Below, one piece after another: positions 13,092-24,469 of a stretch of 64,000 nucleotides of DNA. The stretch lies in assembly GCA_021613535.1 (NCBI GenBank), contig CP075494.1:124001-188000 (forward strand). Reading direction: 5' to 3'. The notes beneath the pieces were generated by a model. The model did no database searches. It saw nothing but the letters and a program-made list of their open reading frames with translations, and was not told the origin of the DNA. Every line of letters begins with the position of its first letter. The stretch's first letter is position 1. The DNA is from Adineta vaga. Its lineage: Eukaryota > Animalia > Rotifera. The translations under genes were made by a program, and so were the position numbers.

Positions 13092-14232
13092 ACTATTTTT
13101 TATTTATGGTATTTATCTGCCTATTTTTTGTGATCGCATGACATAGAATCTGAAATTATAGCTGGAGCTGAAAAAGACAGCGTGTGCATAATCTTTTTTT
13201 TTCAGATTCTGTGTTGTTACAGTTGATAGCTCGCGTTGATGTGTGGGAAATACGTTTAGTTTATTTTCGGTATAATGTGGTGTATTTAATTTTGCCTTTT
13301 TTTGTAAAGTGTGTAGTGATGGAAATTGCTGGTCTTTTGCACGTTGTGTTTTCATGATGGTGTACACATGGTGGTAGAGGTTCCCAACTGCAGTTATGTA
13401 ACAGCCGATAAGAGCTGTCGTAATCACCGCTGTGAGTTAGAACCATGTGAACGCGTGGATATAATTGGTTTGAAAGATTGAAAGTGTTTTTCTGTCATAT
13501 TTTCGTAGACGTGTGCACCTATTAGTTAATGTTCCCGACTGTGGTGCGGGAACGGGTTATACTAGTCGCCGGATACGGGGTTATAGTTTGTCACCGTTTG
13601 AACGGGTGAATGTATCTATGTGTCAAGACAGAAAGTGTTTTCTTGTTTTAAATTTAAATACGTTCGCACATATTAGTTGAGGTTCCCGACTGAATGTGAG
13701 ACACACTTCTGAAAAGTTTCCAAGCTAACCAACATAGTATCCATATGAATACGCGCTTTCTAATGTTGAACGTGTGTATGAGGAACAAAATCCTGATGCA
13801 AAATACTGGTGCAATACACGGTGCTTATTTTCATTCGCTTGCGACCTTCAGTCGGGAACCTCGACTGTGGGGTGGACACGGTCGGGATGTTATGAGCGGT
13901 TAAACGCGTTTTTTCAATTTCTTGTCTGCCTGGGATTTGGATCAGTTGATGCCGTATATCAGTTTTACGCGTTCTTCTATATCTTTGATTTTCCTTTTCT
14001 AATGACGTCATTTGTACTCATCTACCTTCTATGTTCTGCTATTCTTCTATGATATTATATATGTATTCTTTCATGACGTCATGTTCTCTGTTGGATCTTC
14101 CTAGAACGTAATGTTCGAAATCTATATATAGTTACTGATTTTCTGCTATAATACATCTATATTTATCTCATACAATTAGTTTTAACTGTTTCCATTTGAT
14201 CGAACGTAATTCTAATATACAACAAGCACAAC

Positions 14233-15926
14233 ATGGATACTGATCAAGAAAGTAATGCAAGTGACTTACCTTTTGCTGATGAAAGCGGTTTTTATGAGGA
14301 AAATGAAAGTGATCTTGAAATAGATGAAGAAGACGTTATTGAAGATGAAAACGAAGAAGAAGATGATGATACTGAAAACAAAATGGAAGAGGAACTTGAG
14401 TGGATTTGGAGTGAAAAATTTATACAAGACACAATTTTTTCTGTAAATGAAGTCAAAGGACACACAACAATAAATTTTACCAATAACATCAAACCGATTG
14501 ACATCTTCCACAAGTTCTTCACACAAGATGTTTATAATTTGATGATAAAACAAACAAATATTTATGGAAAACAAAAATCGTTAGCGCAAGAACCTCTAAG
14601 TAATTGGCAAAAAGTCGATGAAAGAACTATTCGTTCTTTTCTTGGTATATTAATACTCTTGGGTTTACATCGATTACCTTGAATAAGTGATTATTGGGGT
14701 AGGAATATAATATTTTCTACAGGAATTATTAACAATACTATGCCGAGAACAGAATTTTATCGTATATTTACCGCATTTCATTTATCAGACAATACAAAAC
14801 AAAAACAATTTGCAAAAAGTTCAAAAAAGTTCAAATTATTCAAAGTTTTCGACTTCATACATTTACTCAAGACGAACTTTCAAGTGAACTTTATTTTGGG
14901 AACCAACATTTGCATCGACGAAAGTATGATCAAATTTAAAGGTAAAAGCTCTTTGAAACAATATTTACCTTTAAAACCGATCAAGAGAGGATACAAGGTG
15001 TGGTGTTTAGCAGATTCTTTGACAGGATATCTTTATAATTTCGACATTTATACCGGTAAACAAGAAACTAGACAAGGAGCATTAGGTGAAAGTGTTGTTT
15101 TACAGCTTATTAACAACTTGAATTTAGTGAATCACCAGCTATTTTTTGATAACTTTTTTACATCTATTCCTCTGCTGCTACAACTAAAACAGAAGAAAAT
15201 TGGAGCAACTGGAACGATAAGAACTAATAGAAAGTTATTTCCTACAGAACTTTTACTAAAAGAGAAAAACTGAAAAGAGGAGAATATAAATACTGCTCTT
15301 ACAACCAAATATCTGTGGTCAAATGGCAGGACAGGAAGCCGGTGTTTGTTGCAACTAATTCCTTTGATCCAAGAGAAACAGAAACAATTTTTAGAGGAGA
15401 AAAAGATGGCTCAAAACAACGCATTATTTGTCCACAAATGATATCTAAATACAACAAATTTATGGGTGGTGTAGATTCATTCGATCAACGCATTTCTTGT
15501 TATTCGATTGACAGAAAATCTAAGCGAAATTGGTTTCGTATATTTATTTACTTCCTTCAAGCAAGTCTTTCGAATGCGTTGATTTGTTATAACGATCTCA
15601 ATGAACAACATATGGATTATATTGACTTCCTCTCTTCTATTTCAATGTCGCTAATTGGTGATGTTAGTACAAGAAAAAGAAAAGGTAGACCTGTTCACTT
15701 TTCTGCTCAAAAGCTAAGACGAATTCAAATGACAACGAAGAACAAATCTTTATCAACTCAATTATTAGCACATATGCCTGTAGCTGGACCTAAAGGAAGG
15801 TGTGGATATTGCAGTACTAAAGCTCGACCGATATTTAGTAACATAAAATGCAGTTTTTGTGGTATTTCTTTATGTGTAAAACAGCATAAAAATTGTTTTT
15901 TGTTATTTCATGAAAACACTGCATAA
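14233..15926 (+). pseudogene. piggyBac transposase (PGBD4-like), disrupted
   Basis: IDESMIKFKG, FDNFFTS, MGGVDSFD and a C-terminal Cys-rich domain are present. There is an in-frame TGA at 14680-14682 and a frameshift at ~15268. Confidence 0.92.
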
Positions 15927-16789
15927 GTTTTACAATTAATAAACTTCAACAGTTAAAATTTCCGTTCAGCCTAGTAGAGTTCAATGTGACTTATATTGCG
16001 CAAATCGATTAATCACCTGTGATAACACATCAGATATATCTAACATATACTGTTATGTCTAGAGGAAGCTAATTCAGTGATTTACTTGAATGCAATCCAA
16101 CAAAAAATAATTCGGAAGTCAAAGGGTTAAAGCAGAGTAACTGATTCACCATACGAATTTCAATCAGTCTTCACTAGTAGAGATTACGTTATTTTGTGTC
16201 GATCAAAAATCAATGCAGATGGTTAAAAAGTATTAGCATTTGATAAGAAGGATTGGATATAACGAAAAAACCAAAGTAAATACTAGAATATTAGATTCTG
16301 AAAAATTGGAAATTTTAGAAGATTCATTAGAAATCTGTAGATATCAAGATTTAATTACAACTTGAATATCAGTGATTTTATCACGATTTCGGATATTTTT
16401 CCGTAGTTTCTATCGAATTTCAGCTGTTTTTAATGATTCGTTTTCTATCTCTTTTTTTGAAATGAAAAATCATAATCTGGAATCATTTCTAATGATTTCT
16501 CCTTCAGAAATCATTTTTTCCCTCTACGTCAATGTATAATAGTACAATCAACATCAAAACCTACCTGTCATTTGACAGGTATATTGCTTAACATTTAAGC
16601 AATTATTTTCGTGGTATCTGATGACTATTTGTAATTACCAACATTTCAGAATTACTCTTGTATTTGGCACACATATGATCATAATCGTTATTAGGTTTGA
16701 TTTCCCTTGACAAATCATATCGCACTAAGTTGCAAATGTAATTGAGAAATATTATTTCTTTCACTGAAGTCTAATCGTTATGCTGAATG

Positions 16790-17188
16790 ACGTTTATAAC
16801 TTCCCGATTATTTCCGATATGTACCTGTGACAAGTTCCTGACGGATCTATATTTTCGGACAGTGTTAAAACCCGATCAAAGGAATTCCTGTGTTCCTGTA
16901 GCATCCGACAAGTTCCGATAACAGTAATTGAACGGTTTTTCCCGGAATCTGGGGTTATGTGAAACTGTAAATTCCGGTAATTTCTTGACACCGGATCACA
17001 TCGGATCTGACCAGTTCCGAATATATGTATCTTGCCGGGAATTGCCGGATCCGATAAGCGGATATCAAGGGAAGTTAATAGATTGCATCGGAATCCGTTG
17101 ACAAGTGGCCGACCGGATCCGATCATCCATTTAACAACGGATTTGATAGGTCCCCGACAGGATCCGATGGACACGTTTTGACCTGGGA
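16790..17188. repeat. MITE-like remnant (ggatccg/ccgga motifs; ends ttgacctggg)
   Basis: Reiterated motifs shared with 2020-2300. A similar terminus (ttgaccttgg) occurs at ~18392. Confidence 0.45.
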
Positions 17189-17467
17189 CTGTGTAATTCA
17201 CAAGATACTGTTCTTAAATAGAATTTTATCGCCAGTAAGTGGCTAAAATGTTTAATGGATTCTGCTACCAAATGTATGCATTTGTACCGGTATTAGCTTT
17301 AAAATTTTCAAAAGAAAACGAATGATACAAGGTACGTATTCATTTACGCCTACTGGTAACAATATCAAACTATATGTGAAACAATACAGATGTCTTTAAT
17401 AATACCATGATTATAAAAATCAGTGAAAATATTTGACTATTTACACATTTTTAGTGTTTCAATCAAT

Positions 17468-17779
17468 ATGCATAGTTATCCTTTAGCTGCTTTCCTCTTA
17501 ATATTCGTTCCCGGTTGTATTTATTCCAGTGAACTCAATCGTGACAAACGTTGTGCAACTTGTTGTGGCCCACCTCCATGTTGTAACTGTTGTGGTTTAC
17601 CAAAATGTGGTTTTAAATTCAATCTAACTGACTTAATTAATCTAATCACCGAACCAATGGTAATCACATCAACTGTCTCCACTCCGGTGGTTCGTGTAAC
17701 TCGACCTCCAATGTGTCTCACGTGTTGTGGAAAACCATCTTGTTGTAATACATGTGGACTCGATATTAAATCTAATTAA
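17468..17779 (+). CDS. Small secreted cysteine-rich peptide precursor (103 aa)
   Basis: Hydrophobic signal (PLAAFLLIFVPGCIYS), a dibasic KR, and two CxTCCGxPxCCNxCG repeats linked by a T/P-rich spacer. Confidence 0.75.
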   Translation: MHSYPLAAFLLIFVPGCIYSSELNRDKRCATCCGPPPCCNCCGLPKCGFKFNLTDLINLITEPMVITSTVSTPVVRVTRPPMCLTCCGKPSCCNTCGLDIKSN

Positions 17780-18460
17780 ATTACTAATAAAAATTATTGA
17801 CACATTCCGGAGTCTTTTAAATAGAAGATAGTCACTAAAGAAATCTATTTTGAAGTTGAATTTGAAAAGAATATGAAAATACAATTGATTTTTATTTCAT
17901 TAACTCTTTGAGTCCCGGGTTTTTTTTTCAAAAAAAAACGAAACTTTTTAATAAAATCTCTACAAATGACCTCTATTCTTTAAAAAGTAATTCTGTTTTT
18001 GTCACAAATAGTCACTATTAGGTCATCTTTGTATGGTAGTCTTTAAAGCAATCAACAATACAAACATGTGTATCGCAGTCAGGAAAAATATATCGTGTAT
18101 CACTACAAATATTATGCGATGCACAAGTGACTTATATTCTTCGCAGTTGATTTGATTGTGAGACTTACAGAATAAGTGCAAGAATATGTCGAGTAGTTAG
18201 ACGAAGAGGAGAATCTCTTATAGATAGTCTTCCAATAGTAGTTGATCTTTGTAGTTCATAGTTTATCAAAGTTCCTCCAGTTATTTCAAGCCTAAAATCA
18301 GATACCCAGATTCAGCAATCCAACACCGTATCTTACAAAATCTTGTAAGTTCCAACCATCCTACACAATCCTATTGGATTGATTGACCTTGGATGATATG
18401 TGTTATCATCTAATAAAAGATAAAAGGATGTTCCAAACGATTAAAGAATATTAGTTTAAA

Positions 18461-18517
18461 ACATGTTGAGGGTGGGTGTGGGGTTACTACATGTATCTAA
18501 CACCCACACCCTAATGT
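18461..18517. repeat. Telomeric-arm hairpin mini-element
   Basis: acatgttgagggtgggtgtgggg...acacccacaccctaatgt. Confidence 0.7.
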
Positions 18518-18837
18518 TAATTTATTCTTCAGTATTATGATCATTAAATTAGGTATGTGCGGCGTCAGTGACAATACACTAAAACTATTACACTGATATG
18601 AGTATGGATATATAAGAGTAGAAAATATACATTTAAATATAATTATTTCAGTATTTTAGTTCAGAAATTTTTATTTGATTTCTATCGAATCTACGAATAA
18701 ATTTGATTAACATTCAATTGATTTCTTCGCACTGTACTAATCGAGTCAAAACAACTGAAGATTCATTCAGTGCTACACATTGTTGACTATATTGAGCCAA
18801 TATCCGACGTTCAAGGGATTATAAATATTGGACAATA

Positions 18838-20070
18838 CTATTGTAATTTTTGTAAATGATCACAACACCAGTAATCAATTTCATTAGGAGATGTTGATTT
18901 TGACAGCATCAGAGGATGTAGAATAGTGTACCGATCGAAACTATGTGGTAAAGTATACAAATAGATGGAAGCCCATTGTTGATCATTAATCCATTTGCAC
19001 CGTACAAACCATCGATGATCTCTTATCCAAAAATTAGTACTAAACGATTGAAGTAAAGTGTCAACATGATTCTCTTTCATATCACAGTTCCAACAGTACT
19101 CTTTCATTTTCAATTGAAAAGTGTTTAATTTTGGTAAATGATTGACAATAATCTTTTTCCATTGATATCCATTTATTTCAATGTAAAATCTATCTCTCCT
19201 GATATTCGTATAATGATCGGAGTTATACTCATATCTGCCGTATAACCAATGACGTATTTTTCCCAAATATGTATTCAATAACTCAATCGTCAAATGTCGT
19301 AAATTAGGCATACATGTCAAAAACTTTTCTATCGCAAATGAAGCATCACGAGCATAAAGTTTCAGTGAAACGATTGATTCTAACCGATATAATGAAATGT
19401 CATTCATAAAATATTCATTTATTTCTATGGATAAATGTGTAAGGTGAGGTGTATGTATGATTAATCTTAACAAATCACTGAATTGAATATTCACAGACTG
19501 TATAGTCAAATACTTTAAATACGAAGACGTAATTGTTGGGGATAGATAATGTATTCGCCCATGAAAACTAATATCAACATGACACCGAATTAACTTAGGA
19601 ATTTGCCAAATATTATCAATCAGCAACTGATATCGCCCATTGGTCAAAGACATATAACACTTATTGAAACGAAGGTAAGTTAGATGAGGAATAAAATGAC
19701 ATTCGCTGATGATTTCTTTGATAGTTTCATAGGATGACATATGATCAAACGAAAGTAATCGCAGGTTTGAAAAAGAACGAATAAGTAAACTTCGACAAAA
19801 AAGATGTTGGATTAAATCTTGTAATTCATCATTATTTGAGAAGCGAATAGAAGTAATTCGATCAGGAAATTTACATATGTACAAAGAAAAGATACTTGAA
19901 AAAGTGTTCTTTGATATCGATTGAAAATCAAAATGATAATTTCGACTCGAAGAGAATAATAACGAATTAAATCGATTGTTGAGACCATAAAATGCTTGAA
20001 AAATATGAACATCATCAAGAAATTCGAATAGATATAATAATATTTCGTTGGGGAATGATTCTAAATTCAT
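18838..20070 (-). CDS. F-box/LRR-like protein (bdelloid-expanded type), possibly 3'-truncated
   Basis: N-terminal LESFPNEILLYLFEFL..FYGLNNRFNSLL, degenerate LRRs, and the FSTNFW..WFVRC..LYTLP motif. Confidence 0.8.
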   Translation of the reverse strand: MNLESFPNEILLYLFEFLDDVHIFQAFYGLNNRFNSLLFSSSRNYHFDFQSISKNTFSSIFSLYICKFPDRITSIRFSNNDELQDLIQHLFCRSLLIRSFSNLRLLSFDHMSSYETIKEIISECHFIPHLTYLRFNKCYMSLTNGRYQLLIDNIWQIPKLIRCHVDISFHGRIHYLSPTITSSYLKYLTIQSVNIQFSDLLRLIIHTPHLTHLSIEINEYFMNDISLYRLESIVSLKLYARDASFAIEKFLTCMPNLRHLTIELLNTYLGKIRHWLYGRYEYNSDHYTNIRRDRFYIEINGYQWKKIIVNHLPKLNTFQLKMKEYCWNCDMKENHVDTLLQSFSTNFWIRDHRWFVRCKWINDQQWASIYLYTLPHSFDRYTILHPLMLSKSTSPNEIDYWCCDHLQKLQ

Positions 20071-20774
20071 TATCTCTTTCCTAATTATTAGATTAAAAAA
20101 TTAATAATCTACAATAAAAAAATATTTTTTTTATTACTTAATCGATTTTACAATTATTTTCAGAAGATTTCCCTTATCTCTGTAAGTATTTCACAATTTC
20201 AAGAAAATTATTATCAGAAGGTCAGATTTCATCATTCTATCTAATTATGGTCAATAACTTCGTTTTACTTACTCAGAAATATCTTTTCGGTTTAGTCGTA
20301 ATAGAATGGATGTATCCGATGCTTCTTAATTAAAAAAAACGATTTTTTTTCCAACTTGCTTAGAGAAGTATTGATATAAAATTCACAAAATTGCTTTATC
20401 GTTGCGAAATATGTGTGTAGGAACAACAGAACGAAAAATAGTCAACCAATCGAATGTTAATAGAAAAAGATTGCGCTAATCAACGTTGATACCTTTGTTT
20501 TTTTCATGACAATTGAGGGTAAAGGGTGGAGTGCAAGTTTTCACCTATCCGTCACTAACTAGTGCATACTACATATATAAGAACTTTCATAGTTACTCTT
20601 TATTGCAAAAAAAGTAGCAACATTTTTTAAGAAACTCTTTATGTATAAAAATTTATTAAAACCCAGAGCCAGATCGATCCAATGGGCTTTATCCGTAATC
20701 CATATATTCTTCTCTATCGAAGAATTCTATAGTATTGAAATAATCATAAAAAAAGTAATGAAAATAAAAAAGAA

Positions 20775-21218
20775 CTATTCATCATATTGTTGTTCTTCTT
20801 GTTTCAATTTAATTTGAATATTTTTTAAATATTTTTGATTATCAAGTAGATCAAAATGTTTTGGTGAAAGTATTTGAGAATAAATTTGATCAGTTTTTAT
20901 ATAATATTGTAAAGCTAAATAAAATTTTCCCGTATCTTGACAAACTTCTCCAATATTATGATATGTTAAAGCAAATGATAAATGTATTTGTGGAAGTGAT
21001 TTATGAAATATATCTAAACTTTGGATTATAATAGAATAAAGCATTGAAATAATCTTTCTTTTTATGATAAATAACTCCAATATTTCTATATGTTCGTCCA
21101 ATAATAAAATGATTATTTGGTAAAATATATTTTTCAATATTGAAAGCATAATTTTGATAGATTAATGCCTGTTGAAATTGATTTTGTTCATTAAATATAC
21201 TACTGATATTCAGATATG
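20775..21218 (-). pseudogene. 3' TPR part of the ART-TPR gene interrupted by the LTR element
   Basis: TPR motifs (GRTYRNIGVIY, ALTYHNIGEV) lie in two frames. The gene continues across the LTR TSD at 30183. Confidence 0.8.
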
Positions 21219-21769
21219 TGTAACGGAATCTACTTCTGATAGATGAATATAAATCAAGAGACGTCAAATAGTTCAGAGCGTTCGGACAACACCGAGACGT
21301 GATGATTTATTGTTTAATGATAATGAAAAATAATAACAAAGTTCACAAATGAATATAGTTTGAGATTGAGCAGGTTCAGACTCCTATTCCGTTTTCAGAG
21401 TCAACTATAACGACTATAACTAACTTCGATATCAAGATACGTCTAGCACACTGTGTATATGTGTATAGTTGTAAACGACTAACGTAGAAGTCTAGACACA
21501 GCTAACTCCTATTAGTATCCGTCTACAACTAACTTCTTTTTTTTATCATATCCGAGAGACCTTCGATGAGAGAACAAGAGCGAGCACAAAAGAGAGGAGG
21601 AGAGAAAGAGAAATATCAAGAAAAATGTATAGAGAGAAAACACACTGCAAGAGAGAGATAAAGAAAAAGAACAAGAAAAAGGAAATGATATGATAGCAGA
21701 ACAAATATTATTGAGATATATATGTAAGGGGTGTCGTACAAAAGGACGTCTGCCACTTTTGTTGGCACA
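21219..21769 (-). repeat. 3' LTR
   Basis: Copy of 29632-30182 with ~2 substitutions seen. The PPT (agagggggagg on minus) is adjacent at 21770-21780. Confidence 0.96.
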
Positions 21770-22064
21770 CCTCCCCCTCTAATTCAGACGCGCTCCCGAG
21801 CGTCTTATAAAGAAGAACGTATAAAGAGAGGAAAAGAAAGAGAACAATATCAATGCTCCACATATTACAAGACAAGAAGAGAGCATGCGCAACAGGAGAG
21901 AGGAAATAGGCAAACAAACGCAAAAAAAAAAAATCACATTAGAATACATAGTGTAAGTATAAAATGAATTAGAAATATAAGAAAAGTAATATAAAAATTA
22001 GAAAAAACATGAAAATGAACGAAAATGTTTGTTTGTTATTATATGTGATATATTACCGTGTAAT

Positions 22065-23939
22065 TTATAAACCAAAATTGGACTTAATACCTTGTAGTGT
22101 GGCTAATTCTAAGACTGCTGCAGGTAGAGTTACTGTTAAATTCGCAGGTTTGTTTCTTTTTAATCGAAAATAATAAACTAAGATTACCACTACAATAATG
22201 CCAAAAATTGCTATCATAATTCCAGTAAATGAGATTGGATGATTAACCCATTCCCTAACTCCTAATATTACTTCATTTTTTGGAGTATTTGAAATAAAAT
22301 CTATCACCGCCTGCATATTTGATGGGATGTGTGGTAATTTCTCCCAGTGAGTGTGATTGCTAATCATTGAATCTAAGTTAATTAAATCTTGTTCTATGGG
22401 ATTGACTGTTGCATTTTGTATAAATGATACTGTTGTTCCCACCTTGATTGGTAAACCCGGTAAAGAAAATTTATCACATATTAATGTTTCAGCGTTCGTC
22501 GTTGTTATAAGAGCTACTGGTGGTAAAGTAATTTCTTCATTATTTGTGATTATATGTTGTTCAATATCTAAATTCTGGACCGAGTGGCATTTGGTAGACG
22601 AATTTGTTGATATTGCCCAGTGGTCACCAACACGATGTACAAATATTGAATCTGTAAATCCTTCAATTCGACATGCCGTCAGCGGAGAATCAGTTAAGAT
22701 TTGGTAGAGACAGCTGTCTTCCAAATCTTTTCTGATCGCTGGTGTTTCACGGCAAGACGACATAAGTTCAAAATTACAGGACTTTGACTCTTCTGTTGAC
22801 CATCTAAGAAATTGTGATGTTTTCAAATTAATTCCAACATAAGCAGGCATTTGTGCTAATCGGACTCGATTCGATCCATGTTTAAAAGGAATAGGAACAA
22901 GTTCATAAATTGAAAATGATGGTTGATTTTGTTCAGTAGCTGCAAAAAAGGAAGTAAAAATCAGTTTTCCAATTAACATACCATTTTGAGTTTTTGTTTT
23001 TGTTTCAGCCGGTATAAAATCAATTCTTTGTTGCACCAGCAATTTAGTAATAAGTACAATAAAAGGTACCATGCCATTAGACTCATCAAATGTAATATTT
23101 GTAGCTGCAAGAATAAGTTGTATCACCTTCGGGATATCTTTATGATGAATAAAATCTAAGTTAAGATTGTTCTTCATTATATTTTCCATTGAAGTGTGTA
23201 TAAAGTGTGTTTCTACAGAATGTGATAATGCAGCAAGTCTTTCATTTAAAAAATGTGTAATAGAAGTAATTGTACGCATCTTTTCTTCTGTTCTAATTGC
23301 TAATTCTTGATGTTCATTTACCAGCCCTAGTGTTTGATTTAAAGCGTATTCAGTATGATTTAATTCATGAGCCAATTTTAATTCGCCATCAGTTAAATGA
23401 AGAATTTGAGCTCGATTATCTTTCATCACTTGTTCAGTGACTTGTAAAGAGTTTGTTAGAGTTTTAACTTCGCTCTTTAAGTTAATTGCCTGAAAAGTAT
23501 TTACTGTTCCAAAAATAAATGATGCTACACCAATTGCTATAGAAATTAATTGTGCGATCCATCGTTTTGCTCGAGACTGTTTTTGTGCGGATTTTTTCTT
23601 TGATACTTTTGATTTCTCTTGAGTTGAAGATTCATTCTGATGAAGTTGCATACCACTTGCTTTAATATATAAACCTTTGCATTCAGGAATTTTCTTCATC
23701 GCTGATAATGGGATCAAATAACACATGTCTTCCACCATTGGAAAAGTTGCTGTAAAAGTAACTACTTTGTTCGAAGGTTGATATTCCGAAACATAATGTA
23801 GTACTAATCCTGATGCAGTATGAATAATGTCGGATTTTGGTATATTTAATACATTTGTATTTTTTCTCATTTCCGACTTCATAATAATTACCAGCAATAA
23901 AATTGTTAAATATATTCTTTTGTTAACTATGTTTAACAT
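22065..23939 (-). CDS. env: Env-like class I fusion glycoprotein
   Basis: Signal peptide, furin site RAKR followed by a hydrophobic fusion peptide, heptad region, Cys-rich ectodomain and a C-terminal TM segment. Confidence 0.88.
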   Translation of the reverse strand: MLNIVNKRIYLTILLLVIIMKSEMRKNTNVLNIPKSDIIHTASGLVLHYVSEYQPSNKVVTFTATFPMVEDMCYLIPLSAMKKIPECKGLYIKASGMQLHQNESSTQEKSKVSKKKSAQKQSRAKRWIAQLISIAIGVASFIFGTVNTFQAINLKSEVKTLTNSLQVTEQVMKDNRAQILHLTDGELKLAHELNHTEYALNQTLGLVNEHQELAIRTEEKMRTITSITHFLNERLAALSHSVETHFIHTSMENIMKNNLNLDFIHHKDIPKVIQLILAATNITFDESNGMVPFIVLITKLLVQQRIDFIPAETKTKTQNGMLIGKLIFTSFFAATEQNQPSFSIYELVPIPFKHGSNRVRLAQMPAYVGINLKTSQFLRWSTEESKSCNFELMSSCRETPAIRKDLEDSCLYQILTDSPLTACRIEGFTDSIFVHRVGDHWAISTNSSTKCHSVQNLDIEQHIITNNEEITLPPVALITTTNAETLICDKFSLPGLPIKVGTTVSFIQNATVNPIEQDLINLDSMISNHTHWEKLPHIPSNMQAVIDFISNTPKNEVILGVREWVNHPISFTGIMIAIFGIIVVVILVYYFRLKRNKPANLTVTLPAAVLELATLQGIKSNFGL

Positions 23940-24469
23940 TATGTAATAAGCTTGATATGAATAGACGTCTTTTATAATAGTTGTGTGTTGTACTAATACT
24001 TGATTTTTTTTTTTTCTTTTCTTCTGTATGTATGTATATGTGTCCTTGTTGATAAATTTCTTCTTCATCGCTTGATTGAGGACGTCAGACTTCTGTTAAA
24101 TGTTATTCTTATCTTGACCGGTTTACTTTTTGTTATCTCATTAACATTTTGCTTAATGAGACTAGCCTTGTCTGCGTCTCGACTGTATTGTCATTTGGTT
24201 TATCAATGTTGTCCTTGTGTGTGACAGTCCGTTTCCTTAATCTTTTCTTGAAAAATATATTTCACGTCTGGACTTGATATTGTTGACAAGTTTTGTCTGA
24301 CCATCATTATCCTTGATTTTGACTATTTCTTACCCAGAGTTGTTGTTCAATTATCGTTATTATTACATTTTGTCCTTGTTCGATTGTCTAGAAGTTTTTT
24401 TTTTTTTTTGTGTGTGTGTGTATGGTTTGAGCATATCTTCTATCCATACACATTTTTAAATTAATTTTT

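Larger units (their letters stand above)
3105..16126 (+). mobile_element. 13-kb piggyBac element with internal cargo or a nested element
   Basis: TTAA(3101-3104)-CCCTTTGACTTCC ... GGAAGTCAAAGGG-TTAA(16127-16130): perfect 13-bp TIRs, with a piggyBac transposase at the right end. Confidence 0.92.

Noticed and set aside
3896-13132. CACTA TIR pair delimiting the nested element
   Set aside because: Only a ~12-nt AT-rich match with an indel and a mismatch, and no TSD. Too weak to call.
12537-13133. CRISPR array or 195-aa repeat protein
   Set aside because: The units are contiguous 81-mers with no unique spacers. The ORF exists only because 81 is a multiple of 3 and one frame lacks stops.
21001-21267. 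ORF starting in the LTR and reading into TPR exons
   Set aside because: It has a non-ATG start and is followed by a frameshift. A chance in-frame junction with no evidence of use.
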